A DNA stretch of 64,000 bases from Burkholderiales bacterium (lineage in GTDB: Bacteria > Patescibacteriota > Minisyncoccia > Phycocordibacterales > UBA9973), in contig JAMPXW010000001.1 of assembly GCA_023701005.1 (NCBI GenBank), positions 35,769 through 99,768 of the forward strand. Direction: 5' to 3'. How positions within the stretch are numbered: the first letter of the stretch is position 1; the number at the start of each line of letters is the position of its first letter. The notes under the pieces are model-generated. The model saw nothing but the letters and a program-made list of their open reading frames with translations. It was not told where the DNA came from and made no database searches. The position numbers and the translations under genes are program-made. This document shows positions 39,078 to 49,983 of the stretch, in pieces.

Positions 39078-40649
39078 TTACGAAGTAACTTTTGGCCTGT
39101 ATTGTATCGCTTCGAGAATATGGTTTGAATTTATTTCTAAAGAATTTTCTAAGTCTGCAATAGTGCGGGCTATTTTTATTACTCTATGATACGCACGAGC
39201 AGAAAGTGCGAGGCGTTCAGCGCTATCATCCAAAAGCTGTCTTGTCTTTTCATCTAGCTTCACCATATTTGATAAATCTTTCACATTCATTTCACTGTTC
39301 GTTTTTATATCTCTTTTAAAATTTTCAAATCTTTTTTTCTGAACTTCTCGTGCATTAGTCACTCTATATTTTATCCTATCACTCGTCTCTCCGTTTCCTA
39401 TTTCTCCAAGTTTTTTATAATCTACATTTCCTACAGAAACCCAAAGATCAATACGATCCATAATAGGGCCAGACAATTTTCTTTTATATCTATCCAAATC
39501 CGAAGGTCTACAAATACAAACCCTTTGTTTGCTAGTAGCATTGCCACAAGGACAAGGGTTCATGGCAGCAACCAAAATAAAATTTGATGGGAAAGTGGCT
39601 GTGCCCTTAGCGCGAGAAATAGAAACGATATTATCTTCCAATGGCTGTCGCAAAGATTCGATGACTTTCTTTTCAAACTCTGGAAATTCATCCAAAAAGA
39701 GAACACCCTTGTGTGCCAAGGTCACTTCACCCGGCTTAGGATATGTTCCTCCACCTATAATAGATACATAAGAAGAAGTGTGATGAGGTGATCTAAATGG
39801 AGGAGAAGAAATGAGTTCCCCTCTTGTTGCTCCTGCAACAGAATGTATGCCCGTGATTTCCAAAACTTCATCAAGTTTTAAATCTGGAAGTAGCTGAGAG
39901 AAAGCCCTGGCGAGCATTGTCTTCCCTGTACCTGGTGGTCCATACATTGCGATATTATGTCCACCAGCTGCTGCTATTTCCAATCCTCTCTTTGCTCCCT
40001 CTTGCCCTTTCACATCTGAAAAATCAGAACCTCTACTTTCTTTTTTATAAACAATCTGTGTTTTTGATTGAACTAAAATCAATCCATCACCAAGGGCCGT
40101 CCTTTGGGAACCCTTTAAGGACGGCCCTTTCTTTTCAGAAATATGACCAACAACTTCTTCCAAAGTCTCTGCTCCAAAAATCTTTATACCTTCCACCAAG
40201 GCTGCTTCGACAGCATTTTCTTTGGGCAAATAAACTTCTTCATATCCAGCTTTTTTAGCTTCCATGACCAATGGCAAGGCTCCTCTTATTCTTCTCAATG
40301 TACCATCTAGCCCAAGCTCGCCCAAGAAAATTTTCTTTTCTGAATTAAATTTCAAATCTTCACAAGCCAACATGTATGCGAGGGCAATAGCTAAATCAAA
40401 AAACGGCCCCTCTTTTTTAAGATCAGCCGGTGAAAGCGAAACTATTATTTTTTGATTTTTGGCTTTCGGAGACTTAAAACCAGAATTTTTTATAGCAGAG
40501 CTCACCCTATCTTTAGATTCATCTACAGCTTTATCAGGAAGTCCAACAATGTTAAAAGTATGCAAGCCCTTCGACAAATCTACTTCGATCGTTACGATCT
40601 GACCCGAGAGGAGATTTACTTGTGCCGAATAAACTCGTGCAAAGCTCAT
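39078..40649 (-). CDS. comM: ComM/YifB Mg-chelatase-like AAA+ helicase
   Basis: VGLPD, GPPGTGKT, RSPHHT, LFLDEFPEF, AMNPCPCG, LSARAY. Confidence 0.93.
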   Translation of the reverse strand: MSFARVYSAQVNLLSGQIVTIEVDLSKGLHTFNIVGLPDKAVDESKDRVSSAIKNSGFKSPKAKNQKIIVSLSPADLKKEGPFFDLAIALAYMLACEDLKFNSEKKIFLGELGLDGTLRRIRGALPLVMEAKKAGYEEVYLPKENAVEAALVEGIKIFGAETLEEVVGHISEKKGPSLKGSQRTALGDGLILVQSKTQIVYKKESRGSDFSDVKGQEGAKRGLEIAAAGGHNIAMYGPPGTGKTMLARAFSQLLPDLKLDEVLEITGIHSVAGATRGELISSPPFRSPHHTSSYVSIIGGGTYPKPGEVTLAHKGVLFLDEFPEFEKKVIESLRQPLEDNIVSISRAKGTATFPSNFILVAAMNPCPCGNATSKQRVCICRPSDLDRYKRKLSGPIMDRIDLWVSVGNVDYKKLGEIGNGETSDRIKYRVTNAREVQKKRFENFKRDIKTNSEMNVKDLSNMVKLDEKTRQLLDDSAERLALSARAYHRVIKIARTIADLENSLEINSNHILEAIQYRPKVTS

Positions 40650-40684
40650 AATATTTAATTATGCCTTCTATTTTTTTATTAATA

Positions 40685-41041
40685 TTAATCGTTAAGGTGT
40701 TTCTTGCAGGTTTTAGCTGCTGGATTCGCAGCCATGCGATCCATCTCTATATCTTTCTTGCAAATTTCACATTTGCCGAAAGAGACTCTATTTATCCCCT
40801 CAAGCGAACTCAAGACATTATTCAATCTTGATTCTAAAGTTTTAACCATAGCACTTCTGGATTCAAAATCCTCAAATCTATCGGCCATATCGTTTTGATC
40901 AGTTTCTCTATATCCCAAATCTTCAGGAGTCGCCTCCCATTCATTTGTCTCAGGATTAAATTTACCAATATCACGAAGTTGTCCAATAAGGACATCTCTT
41001 TCTATTTCTAATTTTTCTTTAATTTTCTTTTTATCTAACAT
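40685..41041 (-). CDS. TraR/DksA-type zinc-finger protein
   Basis: DQNDMAD coiled-coil tip, FGKCEIC...TCKKH. Confidence 0.8.
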   Translation of the reverse strand: MLDKKKIKEKLEIERDVLIGQLRDIGKFNPETNEWEATPEDLGYRETDQNDMADRFEDFESRSAMVKTLESRLNNVLSSLEGINRVSFGKCEICKKDIEMDRMAANPAAKTCKKHLND

Positions 41042-41117
41042 ATCCAAATACTATCACTTCCTCACAAAAAGGCAACAATAAAAAAGCCCCAATATCCAAA
41101 TATTCATATATCTTATC

Positions 41118-41990
41118 TTATTTCTTAATTTTAGTGGAGAAAAGGCGGAGGATGACTTCACGAACAGCCAAATTTGATTTCGTAATTATTATAGAATCAT
41201 CATTCGCAAAAACATACATCAACACAGTATTCCCTTCATTATCTTTTAAGATTCTGGCATTTTTATTTTCAACTATTCCATCTTCAAAATTCTTGGTAAA
41301 CAAATAATTTGTATCTGGGGAAATCTTTATACCCCAAATAACTCCTAAATCATAAAGCATTTTGTGTTCCCACTCATGCATAGTAGTAAATGCATCAGTA
41401 AAAGAACGAATCTTTATAAGCATAAACAAATCACCAATATTAGGAGAAACGGAACTCACTCCACTTTTAAAAACTCCCAACAAAAAATTATCATCAAAAA
41501 GTTTATTTTCTCCTAAAACTAAATTACTTTTCAAAATATTATTAAATCTTTGGAGACCCACAACCTTTTTATTCTCTGTGAGATATATCCCTTCTATTCC
41601 CCCTATTTTTACTTTAGTATTATTGATCTTTTCAAGAATAATCTCAGCTATTTTATCTTTAGAAAGTTCATCTATCGCTTTAAAATCTGTTTGATCATTA
41701 AAAATTAAAGAAGTAAATTGTGGCGCAACGGTAATAGTATTTATTTCTTCTTTAAGAAAAGTTAAAACAAAAAGCAATGCTAAAGACAAAAATAAAAGAA
41801 GAATACTTATAAGCATAAAAACTTTATTCTTTTTAGATTTTGGAGATAAATTACTTTTTTCATTCTCATGCTGTTCTTCTTCATGAATTATTTTCTTTAT
41901 CATTCCACCCTCCCCACTCTCAATAGCCTTCACCATTTCATCGGTGTAAGTCTTTACATTTTTATTTTTTAATTTATTTTCATTTTCCAT
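41118..41990 (-). CDS. bitopic membrane hypothetical protein
   Basis: Single TM, extracytoplasmic alpha/beta domain. Confidence 0.6.
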   Translation of the reverse strand: MENENKLKNKNVKTYTDEMVKAIESGEGGMIKKIIHEEEQHENEKSNLSPKSKKNKVFMLISILLLFLSLALLFVLTFLKEEINTITVAPQFTSLIFNDQTDFKAIDELSKDKIAEIILEKINNTKVKIGGIEGIYLTENKKVVGLQRFNNILKSNLVLGENKLFDDNFLLGVFKSGVSSVSPNIGDLFMLIKIRSFTDAFTTMHEWEHKMLYDLGVIWGIKISPDTNYLFTKNFEDGIVENKNARILKDNEGNTVLMYVFANDDSIIITKSNLAVREVILRLFSTKIKK

Positions 41991-42010
41991 AAATCTAATT
42001 TAATTAAACT

Positions 42011-42043
42011 CTGTGGATAACCGGGTAAGGGCCGCCCTTCAAC
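42011..42043. repeat. DnaA-box + palindrome composite repeat, copy 2
   Basis: CTGTGGATAACCGGGTAAGGGCCGCCCTTCAAC; 31/33 identical to 62048-62080. Confidence 0.8.
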
Positions 42044-42046
42044 CAC

Positions 42047-43765
42047 CTAATACACCTCTCCATTATAACATTTCTCACAATACACAATCTCTGGTCGATC
42101 AGGAGAATAAGAAGTTTCAAATTCATTAGTGCAGTTTTCTTTCATGCACTTCCTATGCCAGAGTTTTAAGGGATTTCTTTGTTTAAATCTAGTATAATAT
42201 CTGCAATTAGAACACAACCTAGGTAAAGGAATATCAAATCTCTTATAAAAAGTTAATTCATCTCGAATTATTTTAAATGCTGTAGTACAACGATCTTTAC
42301 ATTCTCCCTTGTGTTCACATCCTATGATTTCGTTTACTATATCATCTGAAACGTCTTTTATGTCATCCGGTATATCTTTTGGTAAAATAGTGGGTTTATA
42401 ATTACGTGTTTCAGAATCTTTCCAAGACAAGCCACTAGCCAAAATCTCTTCTTTTTCTTTTAAAAAATAGTCTTGAGCTATTGTTTCGTTATAACAAAAT
42501 GGAGATAATTCTGTTGGAAAAAATTCTCCATATTTATAAATATTTCCTTTTTTATCAATGTAAGGCATATCATTCATATGTTTTATAATCTTTTCTCTCA
42601 ATACAAAAAAATCTTCTTTTTTGTATTGTTTATTAAAGATACAATAATGTTTATTCCGTAGACCTAAACAAGCGAAAAGATTAGAAGAATTAAAACAATT
42701 AAACGAATATTCTACATTTTCTGTTGTATATACATTACTACAAAATAAACAATTTTTACCACCCACTCCTGTGTCAAAAGACTCATACCCCAACTCGAGC
42801 ATCCCAACAGCTGGACCACAACTAATGCAATCTTTTATTCCTCTCGCGGTCCAAAATACATCCTTTGAGTCCTCCACTCCACCAGTACTATCAAAACAAT
42901 AATGAGCATTCTTACCATTTTCGATATTATTACCAGAAACATTATAGGAATTCAAAATATGAGCAAAGCGATGAATTGATTTTAATTTCATTTCCTCAAA
43001 ATCTTTCTTTTTTTGTTGAATTGAGGAGTAACTACTTAAATTTATTTCTTTCATTCTCTTCTGATATTCTTCTTTGGTTAATTGTCGATTAAAAAAACAA
43101 TAACTTTTACTCCTCATATTTGAGCACATAAAACAATCCGTGCAACCCCTGCAATCATATAAAAAATATGAATTCACACAATTATGAGAATCTTGACTAT
43201 AAAAAAGTTGATATGAATCAGTACAATTTACATCATCGTAAGAAAACTGTGTTCTATGGACAACATACAAGTCCATCGAATCTTTTATATCAGTTATCGA
43301 ATTAGAATAGAAGACCCTCTCGTTTTTCCAGGAAGCAGATATTAAGTAACAATCCTTACTTTCATCTGCAAAATTACAATAATCACTATTTATTCCTTGT
43401 GAATTTGTGAGGCCTTGCAATGGAAATTTATTTCTAAATTCTGCCCATTGTTCAAAGAAAGGCTTGGAAAAATTGTACTCAATACTATAACTAAAAGGAT
43501 CCCAGCTATCTCCCCACCACGTTTTTTGATCTATTACGATTAAATTTTTATCTGAAGAATAACTTGAGATAAAGTCCTTGCCCCAAAAACTATCTTTTCT
43601 TCTATATAAAGCATGCGTATTTCTGTATGCCAAACGTCTTTGTAATCTACATTCTCTGCAGAAAGTAGGTGGAGGGACTTTTATTTTCTCATAAAAATTA
43701 AAATCTTCAGGCTCTATCGTAAAGTCTTTCTTGCAATTCTGACAGGTTTTATTTTGAGCTTCCAT
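42047..43765 (-). CDS. Cys-rich zinc-ribbon/beta-helix protein (CPR-type), paralog 1
   Basis: CQNC, PPTFCRECR, repeated CxxC, YGEFFP, VYCEKCY. Confidence 0.75.
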   Translation of the reverse strand: MEAQNKTCQNCKKDFTIEPEDFNFYEKIKVPPPTFCRECRLQRRLAYRNTHALYRRKDSFWGKDFISSYSSDKNLIVIDQKTWWGDSWDPFSYSIEYNFSKPFFEQWAEFRNKFPLQGLTNSQGINSDYCNFADESKDCYLISASWKNERVFYSNSITDIKDSMDLYVVHRTQFSYDDVNCTDSYQLFYSQDSHNCVNSYFLYDCRGCTDCFMCSNMRSKSYCFFNRQLTKEEYQKRMKEINLSSYSSIQQKKKDFEEMKLKSIHRFAHILNSYNVSGNNIENGKNAHYCFDSTGGVEDSKDVFWTARGIKDCISCGPAVGMLELGYESFDTGVGGKNCLFCSNVYTTENVEYSFNCFNSSNLFACLGLRNKHYCIFNKQYKKEDFFVLREKIIKHMNDMPYIDKKGNIYKYGEFFPTELSPFCYNETIAQDYFLKEKEEILASGLSWKDSETRNYKPTILPKDIPDDIKDVSDDIVNEIIGCEHKGECKDRCTTAFKIIRDELTFYKRFDIPLPRLCSNCRYYTRFKQRNPLKLWHRKCMKENCTNEFETSYSPDRPEIVYCEKCYNGEVY

Positions 43766-43818
43766 AATGGTAAATATTTTAACACTATTAATTATAACAG
43801 ATTTTAATACTTTAAAAC

Positions 43819-43853
43819 AAAAGAGCGGTTCTTTTTTAAAGAACCGCTCTTTT
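43819..43853. terminator. terminator after pnp
   Basis: AAAAGAGCGGTTCTTT..AAAGAACCGCTCTTTT. Confidence 0.8.
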
Positions 43854-43874
43854 TATTATTTATTTTTTCTATCT

Positions 43875-46022
43875 TTATTTCTTTGGAGCAAAGAAATCTT
43901 TATCAGCTTCGCGAATAGACAAACTTATTTTACCTTGTTCTCTATCTACTTTCAAAATCTTCACAGGTACTATCATGCCTTCTTTTACTATGTCGCTAAC
44001 TCTTTCCACACGAAATGGTGCCATTTCAGATATATGAACCATGCCATCTGTAAAAGGATTCAATCTCACAAAAGCTCCGAAATCAGCAATTCTCACAACC
44101 TCACCTTTCAACATTTCACCCACATTAAATTCATGAGTCATTTCTTCGATTATTTTCTTTGCCATTTCAGCTTTATTTTCTTTACCTGTTAGGTATACAG
44201 TACCATCGTCCTCAATGGTTATCTCTGCTCCTGTCCTTTCTTTAATATCTTTAATAGTTTTTCCACCACCACCTATCACCATTCCTATCTGGTCTGGTTT
44301 TATCTTTATAATCAAAATTTTTGGTGCATTTGGAGAAATTTCATTTCTTGATTTTGGAATTTCTTTTTCGATAGCATCGAGAATGGTCAATCTAGCTTTC
44401 TTTGATTGTCTCATGGCTTCACCCAATATCTTTACAGGAACTCCATCCACCTTCACATCGAGCTGAATAGCTGTGACGCCCGTTCTCGAACCAGCAACTT
44501 TGAAATCCATATCTCCATGATGATCTTCTGGTCCTTGAATATCTGTCAAAATTTTATATTTATTATCATTCTCGTACATCAAACCCATAGCGACACCAGC
44601 CACTGGAGCTTTGATGGGTACTCCTCCATCCATAAGAGCCAAAACAGAAGCACAAATAGAAGCCTGTGATGTAGAACCGTTAGAAGCCATTGATTCAGAG
44701 ACTATACGCATGGTGTAAGGAAAATCTGAAACACTAGGCAATATCATAGCCAAAGCCTTTTCTGCTAATGCCCCGTGTCCTACTTCTCTGCGATTTGTAT
44801 TTCCAAAACGTCCGACTTCTCCACTAGAATATGGAGGAAAGTTATAATGATGCATAAATCTTTTTTCTATTTTTGCTTGTATTCCATCTACCAAAAGCTT
44901 TTCTTCTGGTCCACCTAAAGTCAGCACAGAGAGTACGTGAGTTCCTCCACGATAAAATATTCCACTGCCGTGTAATATTGGAGAAAGCCCTCCTGCTTGT
45001 GTATATAGATCACGCAATCCATCCATAGCTCTACCGTCGGCACGTCTATCTTCATTTATTGCTTTTTCATGCAACATATTATTTTCTGTCTCATCAAATA
45101 GATCGTCTTCAGCTGCGAAATCTTTTCTGTCTGGATATTTTTCCTTAACTAATTTATTCCATTCAGTATGCAATTCATCTATTTTCTTTTTTCCCGCCTC
45201 GCCTTGACTGCGAGTCGAGGCTGGGCCAACACCAGCAAAGAGAGCATCCTCCATTTTAGGTAATATTTTCTCATTAAATAATTTTACAGATTCTTCATCT
45301 ATTTTTTCTTTTTCAATAACTCTTTTTTCTATGCCTATTTCTGAAACAATTTTCTTTTGAAAATCTTCCAATTTAATTATCTCTTCACTAGCTCTCTTAA
45401 AGGCAGCCTCCAATTCATCTTCTGTGGTTTCATGAGCAGAAGCTTCTATCATATTTATGTTTCCATCTTTACCACAGATAGTTAAATCATATTTATATTG
45501 AGAATCATCCAGCCTTAAGCTCTGTGCTGGATTTATCTTTAAATTATCATCATCGTATTTACCTATACGTACACATCCTACTGGTCCATTCCAAGGTATA
45601 TTAGATACAGCCAAAGCTAGAGAAGCCGCATTTACTGCGAGAATAGTAGAATCTTCTTCTCCGACAGAGATGACGGTAGTGATGACTTGCACAGCATGAC
45701 GTATTGATTGATCAAATAAAGGACGCAAGGTTCTGTCTATCACACGAGAAGCGAGCACTGCATCTTCTGAGGGCTTTCCTTCCCTATGCATAAACCTGGA
45801 TCCCAATATTTTTCCAGCCGCATAAAATTTTTCTACATAATCTACGGTCAAATTAAAAAACCCTAAACCATCTTGTTTGTCGTGGGACATACAAGCTGTG
45901 GCGATGACTATAGTATCGCCATACTTCAACATCACAGAACCATGTGCTTGTTCTGCTAAATCTGAAAATTGAGCGGTCAAAGTTTTTCCACCAATTTCTA
46001 CTACATACTCTTTTTTATTCAT
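43875..46022 (-). CDS. pnp: polyribonucleotide nucleotidyltransferase
   Basis: DRTLRPLF, RREVGHG, SNGSTS, GDMDFKVAG, KH and S1 domains. Confidence 0.97.
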   Translation of the reverse strand: MNKKEYVVEIGGKTLTAQFSDLAEQAHGSVMLKYGDTIVIATACMSHDKQDGLGFFNLTVDYVEKFYAAGKILGSRFMHREGKPSEDAVLASRVIDRTLRPLFDQSIRHAVQVITTVISVGEEDSTILAVNAASLALAVSNIPWNGPVGCVRIGKYDDDNLKINPAQSLRLDDSQYKYDLTICGKDGNINMIEASAHETTEDELEAAFKRASEEIIKLEDFQKKIVSEIGIEKRVIEKEKIDEESVKLFNEKILPKMEDALFAGVGPASTRSQGEAGKKKIDELHTEWNKLVKEKYPDRKDFAAEDDLFDETENNMLHEKAINEDRRADGRAMDGLRDLYTQAGGLSPILHGSGIFYRGGTHVLSVLTLGGPEEKLLVDGIQAKIEKRFMHHYNFPPYSSGEVGRFGNTNRREVGHGALAEKALAMILPSVSDFPYTMRIVSESMASNGSTSQASICASVLALMDGGVPIKAPVAGVAMGLMYENDNKYKILTDIQGPEDHHGDMDFKVAGSRTGVTAIQLDVKVDGVPVKILGEAMRQSKKARLTILDAIEKEIPKSRNEISPNAPKILIIKIKPDQIGMVIGGGGKTIKDIKERTGAEITIEDDGTVYLTGKENKAEMAKKIIEEMTHEFNVGEMLKGEVVRIADFGAFVRLNPFTDGMVHISEMAPFRVERVSDIVKEGMIVPVKILKVDREQGKISLSIREADKDFFAPKK

Positions 46023-46143
46023 ATATTTTTTACCCGCCAAAGACGGGTGGAGCTCCCCTTCAGAATAAAGTACTGTTTCACTATAAAGTGAGACATTATC
46101 TCTATCTAAAGGCGAACCTGTTAATTAATAATTACTAATAAAT

Positions 46144-46656
46144 TTATTTACCTCCTATCAAATATTTTCTTGGATTGAGAGAAAGGTCTATAAAATCGTC
46201 TGCTGCTTCACGAAGCTTGCTGGAAGTTGATTTGCCGAAAGAAGCTATCTCTATCTGTGTGCCTGTATTATTTTTAACATATTCTACTAAAGGAATGAAG
46301 TCCCCGTCTCCTGAGACGATGATCACAGCATCCAAACGACTAGCCATTCTCATCACATCCACAGTAAGACCGACATCCCAATCTCCCTTTTTGGTGCCCG
46401 TATGAAATATCTGCAAATCTTTAGTCTTAGTCTCGATTCCGAGCTTTGTAAGAGCTTCAAAGAAATTCTTTTCTTCTCCTGATTCAGTGGTGATGACATA
46501 AGCTACAGCTCTGACCAGTCTTCTGCCCGCTACTGCTTCTTTCAAGACTGCACCAAAATTAACTCTGGCTTTATACAAGTTGCGAGCCGAATGATATAAA
46601 TTTTGAGCATCTATGAAAACCCCAACTCTTTGTTCTTTATGTTTTATTACTGTCAT
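46144..46656 (-). CDS. NYN domain (LabA-like) protein
   Basis: FIDAQN, KGDWDV, SGDGDF. Confidence 0.9.
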   Translation of the reverse strand: MTVIKHKEQRVGVFIDAQNLYHSARNLYKARVNFGAVLKEAVAGRRLVRAVAYVITTESGEEKNFFEALTKLGIETKTKDLQIFHTGTKKGDWDVGLTVDVMRMASRLDAVIIVSGDGDFIPLVEYVKNNTGTQIEIASFGKSTSSKLREAADDFIDLSLNPRKYLIGGK

Positions 46657-46703
46657 ATGTTGATTATAACACAAAAAGAAATCCCCCAGACGGGGGACAT
46701 CTA

Positions 46704-46967
46704 TTATGCGAGATTCATTTTCTTCATTACTGAATTGTATTGAGTCTTGTCTTTTCTTTCTAAATATTTTAAATGTGTTCGTCTGTCAGCAACCATCTTT
46801 ATGAGTCCACGGCGAGAGTTATTATCTTTCTTATGTTTCTTTAAGTGTTTCGCTAATTCATCTATTTGTGTGGACAAAATAGCAACTTGAACGACAGAAG
46901 ATCCTGTATCTTTCTCATGAACCTGGTTTTTCTTTATAATTGTTTGCTTTTTCTTTGTAGTTAACAT
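46704..46967 (-). CDS. rpsO: 30S ribosomal protein S15
   Basis: DTGSSVVQVA, HKKDNNSRRGL. Confidence 0.97.
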   Translation of the reverse strand: MLTTKKKQTIIKKNQVHEKDTGSSVVQVAILSTQIDELAKHLKKHKKDNNSRRGLIKMVADRRTHLKYLERKDKTQYNSVMKKMNLA

Positions 46968-47074
46968 GAATTTATCTTAGCATAAAGCTGGAGAAAATGC
47001 AAGGTAGTGTTTTAAAATTTTATTTATCAATTTTTAATAATGTCATGTCGCACAATATTTGATATAATAAAATC

Positions 47075-47992
47075 ATGACAGACAATATTCAACAATTAAA
47101 AAGAATATTCTTGGAATATCTAGAAATCGAAAAAGGTTCGAGTCTGAAAACAGTAGAAAATTATGAAAGGTACCTAACTCGCTTTATCAATTTTTCAAAA
47201 GTAGAAAAAGCCAAAGACATCACTGATGACAAAGTGCGCGAATTCAGACTCTTCTTAAATAGACAATCTGGGGTAAAAGTAAAAGGGCAATCTAGCGCAA
47301 CAATGAAGAAAAATACTCAAAATTATTATCTCATTGCTTTGCGTGTGTTTTTAAAATATTTAATCAAACACGAAGTATCGACCCTCTCCCCTGACAGAAT
47401 AGAATTGGCAAAAATAAAAGAAAGAAGTCTGGACCTGATAACCATCGATGAGTTGAATAGATTGCTGAATGGACCAAATGGCTCAGATTTAAAAAACCTC
47501 CGGGATAAAGCAATTCTAGAATTATTTTTTTCTACAGGGCTTCGTGTGTCAGAACTCGCTTCTTTAAATAATGACTTGGATTTATCAAAAGGTGAATTTT
47601 CTATTCGAGGTAAAGGAGAGAAAGTGCGTGTGGTTTTCTTGTCTGACAGTGCAAAGAAAGCTATCAAGGAATATTTACCAAAAAGAAAAGATATGGAAGA
47701 TGCGATGTTTGTGCAAGTATCTACCATAAATAAAAAGAGAGCTTCCAGACTCACTCCAAGATCGATAGAAAGAATAGTAAAACACTATGCCGTAAAAGCG
47801 GGCATATCTAAGAAAGTGACACCTCACATAATACGCCATTCATTCGCCACCGACTTATTACAAAATGGCGCAGACATCAGAAGTGTTCAAATGATGCTCG
47901 GTCATTCAAATATTTCTACAACACAAATCTACACACATATCACAGACAGACAATTATTAGAAGTACATAAAAAATTTCACAGTAGAAAATAA
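47075..47992 (+). CDS. XerC/XerD-like tyrosine recombinase
   Basis: TGLRVSE, GKGEK, HIIRHSFAT, LGHSNISTTQIY. Confidence 0.92.
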   Translation: MTDNIQQLKRIFLEYLEIEKGSSLKTVENYERYLTRFINFSKVEKAKDITDDKVREFRLFLNRQSGVKVKGQSSATMKKNTQNYYLIALRVFLKYLIKHEVSTLSPDRIELAKIKERSLDLITIDELNRLLNGPNGSDLKNLRDKAILELFFSTGLRVSELASLNNDLDLSKGEFSIRGKGEKVRVVFLSDSAKKAIKEYLPKRKDMEDAMFVQVSTINKKRASRLTPRSIERIVKHYAVKAGISKKVTPHIIRHSFATDLLQNGADIRSVQMMLGHSNISTTQIYTHITDRQLLEVHKKFHSRK

Positions 47993-47993
47993 T

Positions 47994-48773
47994 ATGAAAA
48001 TTGTTTCATGGAATACAAACGGTTTGCGTGCAACGGCAAAACAAAATAATTTTTTCCCAATATTTGAGAATGGGAAAGTAGATATTTTATGTTTACAAGA
48101 AACGAAAGTTGAACCCGACCAGCTTCCAGAAAACGTGCGAAACATTCCTAATTATTATTCCTATTTTGCATATTCAAAATTAAGAAAAGGATATAGCGGA
48201 GTCGCAATTTATTCTAAAGAAAAACCAAAAGAAATTTTATACGGAATGGGAATTAAAAAATTTGATGATGAAGGAAGATTATTAATTGCTAAATATAAAA
48301 TAAATAATAAAAAATTAACAATTATTTCTGGATATTTCCCCAATGGAGGACAGGGCCCTCATAGATTAAAATACAAATTAGAGTTTTACGAAACTTTCCT
48401 AAAATTTATTATGAAACTTAGAAAAAATGGTGAAACCGTTATATTTTGCGGTGATATAAACACTGCCCATGAAGCGATAGACCTAGCTCGTCCAAAAGCA
48501 AACGAGGAAAATACTGGCTTCCTTCCCATAGAACGTGCCTGGATTAGTAAGGTAATAAAAAATAATTTTATAGATGTTTTTCGAAAATTTTATCCAGATA
48601 AAATTGGAGCCTACACTTACTGGGATCAAAAGACCAGGGCTCGAGACAGGAACATCGGTTGGCGCTTAGATTATTTTTTCGCAGATTCAAAACTAATATC
48701 ACAAATTAAAAAAACAGGCATGCTCACAGACTACAAAGGTTCAGACCACTGCCCTATTTATATAGAACTATAA
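47994..48773 (+). CDS. xth: exodeoxyribonuclease III
   Basis: SWNTNG, CLQETK, GDIN, GWRLDY, SDHCP. Confidence 0.95.
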   Translation: MKIVSWNTNGLRATAKQNNFFPIFENGKVDILCLQETKVEPDQLPENVRNIPNYYSYFAYSKLRKGYSGVAIYSKEKPKEILYGMGIKKFDDEGRLLIAKYKINNKKLTIISGYFPNGGQGPHRLKYKLEFYETFLKFIMKLRKNGETVIFCGDINTAHEAIDLARPKANEENTGFLPIERAWISKVIKNNFIDVFRKFYPDKIGAYTYWDQKTRARDRNIGWRLDYFFADSKLISQIKKTGMLTDYKGSDHCPIYIEL

Positions 48774-48780
48774 TTTAAAA

Positions 48781-48822
48781 TAAAAATAGCCCGCACTAAC
48801 ATGCGGGCTAAATATTTCACTA
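48781..48822. repeat. 42-bp terminator-containing direct repeat, copy 1
   Basis: TAAAAATAGCCCGCACTAACATGCGGGCTAAATAYTTCACTA; 41/42 identical to 49429-49470. Confidence 0.85.
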
Positions 48823-49341
48823 CTTATTGTGTTTCTTTAATAATTCTCCAGCCAATCTTAAATTAATATCATTAATTATCCGATCAAGATATTCCGGCAA
48901 AATAGGAGTTTCGTAATCTGAAGAATTCATGTGAATTCTAAAATTAACTTCAAAATTCCTACACCTTTCAACAAGAGAAATTGGCCCAGCTGAAACAAAA
49001 AGATGCAAAGGTTTTTCTGGGTCCTCTTTATCTTTGTTTTCTAAAGACAAGGTCACACTCTTGCTAGAAATTAATCTTGCATATGGAGTTTTGAGAGTTT
49101 CCTCTGACATATCCATTGTCGATAGAAAATGTTTCTCTCCAAAAGAACCAGACGATCCAAATCCTATTTCTGTCTCCATATTTCCATCTTCGATAGAAAC
49201 ATTCGTGACTTTAAAAAATGGATAATTAGATTCTTTTTTAAGGGAATTAAAAACATCATAAACAGCAAAGAAAAGTTTTTCTCCTAAAATAGAATCCACC
49301 TTCAAAACTGATAAAAATTTATCAGAAAATATGATTCTCAT
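48820..49341 (-). CDS. orphan protein, probable paralog of 54432-54866
   Basis: SD GAGGTG; shares GEK.xF.V and GPI..V....FE.N motifs. Confidence 0.6.
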   Translation of the reverse strand: MRIIFSDKFLSVLKVDSILGEKLFFAVYDVFNSLKKESNYPFFKVTNVSIEDGNMETEIGFGSSGSFGEKHFLSTMDMSEETLKTPYARLISSKSVTLSLENKDKEDPEKPLHLFVSAGPISLVERCRNFEVNFRIHMNSSDYETPILPEYLDRIINDINLRLAGELLKKHNK

Positions 49342-49428
49342 AAACACCTCATTTTATTTTGAAAAGAATTTTTTTATTTCAAATAAACATTACCACCGAT
49401 TTTGGTACCAGTCAATGCAGGTTTTTTA

Positions 49429-49470
49429 TAAAAATAGCCCGCACTAACATGCGGGCTAAATACTTCACTA
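49429..49470. repeat. 42-bp terminator-containing direct repeat, copy 2
   Basis: See 48781-48822. Confidence 0.85.
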
Positions 49471-49983
49471 AACATTAAATTTAAAATAAATTGCCACCTT
49501 TTTGGCTTCGGCGGCCAGATCTCCTTTCTGTTGTACAATAAATTTACAAAACCAATCCAAATATTCTAGACTCCTAAAGCCTAACCCCCAATTTACACTC
49601 TCCAACAGAGAAAATTTTTGTTTAGAAATATGATACATCATATCTCTCGTCATTATAACTTTGCCTTCTTCTAGAAGAGAAGAAACAAAATTAGAAAACC
49701 TAGAAAACGATTCTTTATACTCTCCTGCTTTCATTTCCAGAGATCCAATTGTTTTCAACACATGATTTCTCTGTTCTTGAAAAGAAAGAATATCATCATC
49801 TAGAGAGAAACCAAAAATCTCAAAAAAAATTTTCTTTTCTTTCTCTAGTTCTTCTTTTTCTTGTACTTTTTTCTCACTTTCTCTTTTAGCTTTTAATATT
49901 GGATTAATTCTCCAAAAAAAATAAAAAGCAAAAAGTATTATACCGACAGTAACAACAACGGAAATAACATTCGAGAGTTCCAT
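49468..49983 (-). CDS. orphan bitopic membrane protein
   Basis: SD AAAGGAG; N-terminal TM followed by a charged helix. Confidence 0.6.
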   Translation of the reverse strand: MELSNVISVVVTVGIILFAFYFFWRINPILKAKRESEKKVQEKEELEKEKKIFFEIFGFSLDDDILSFQEQRNHVLKTIGSLEMKAGEYKESFSRFSNFVSSLLEEGKVIMTRDMMYHISKQKFSLLESVNWGLGFRSLEYLDWFCKFIVQQKGDLAAEAKKVAIYFKFNV

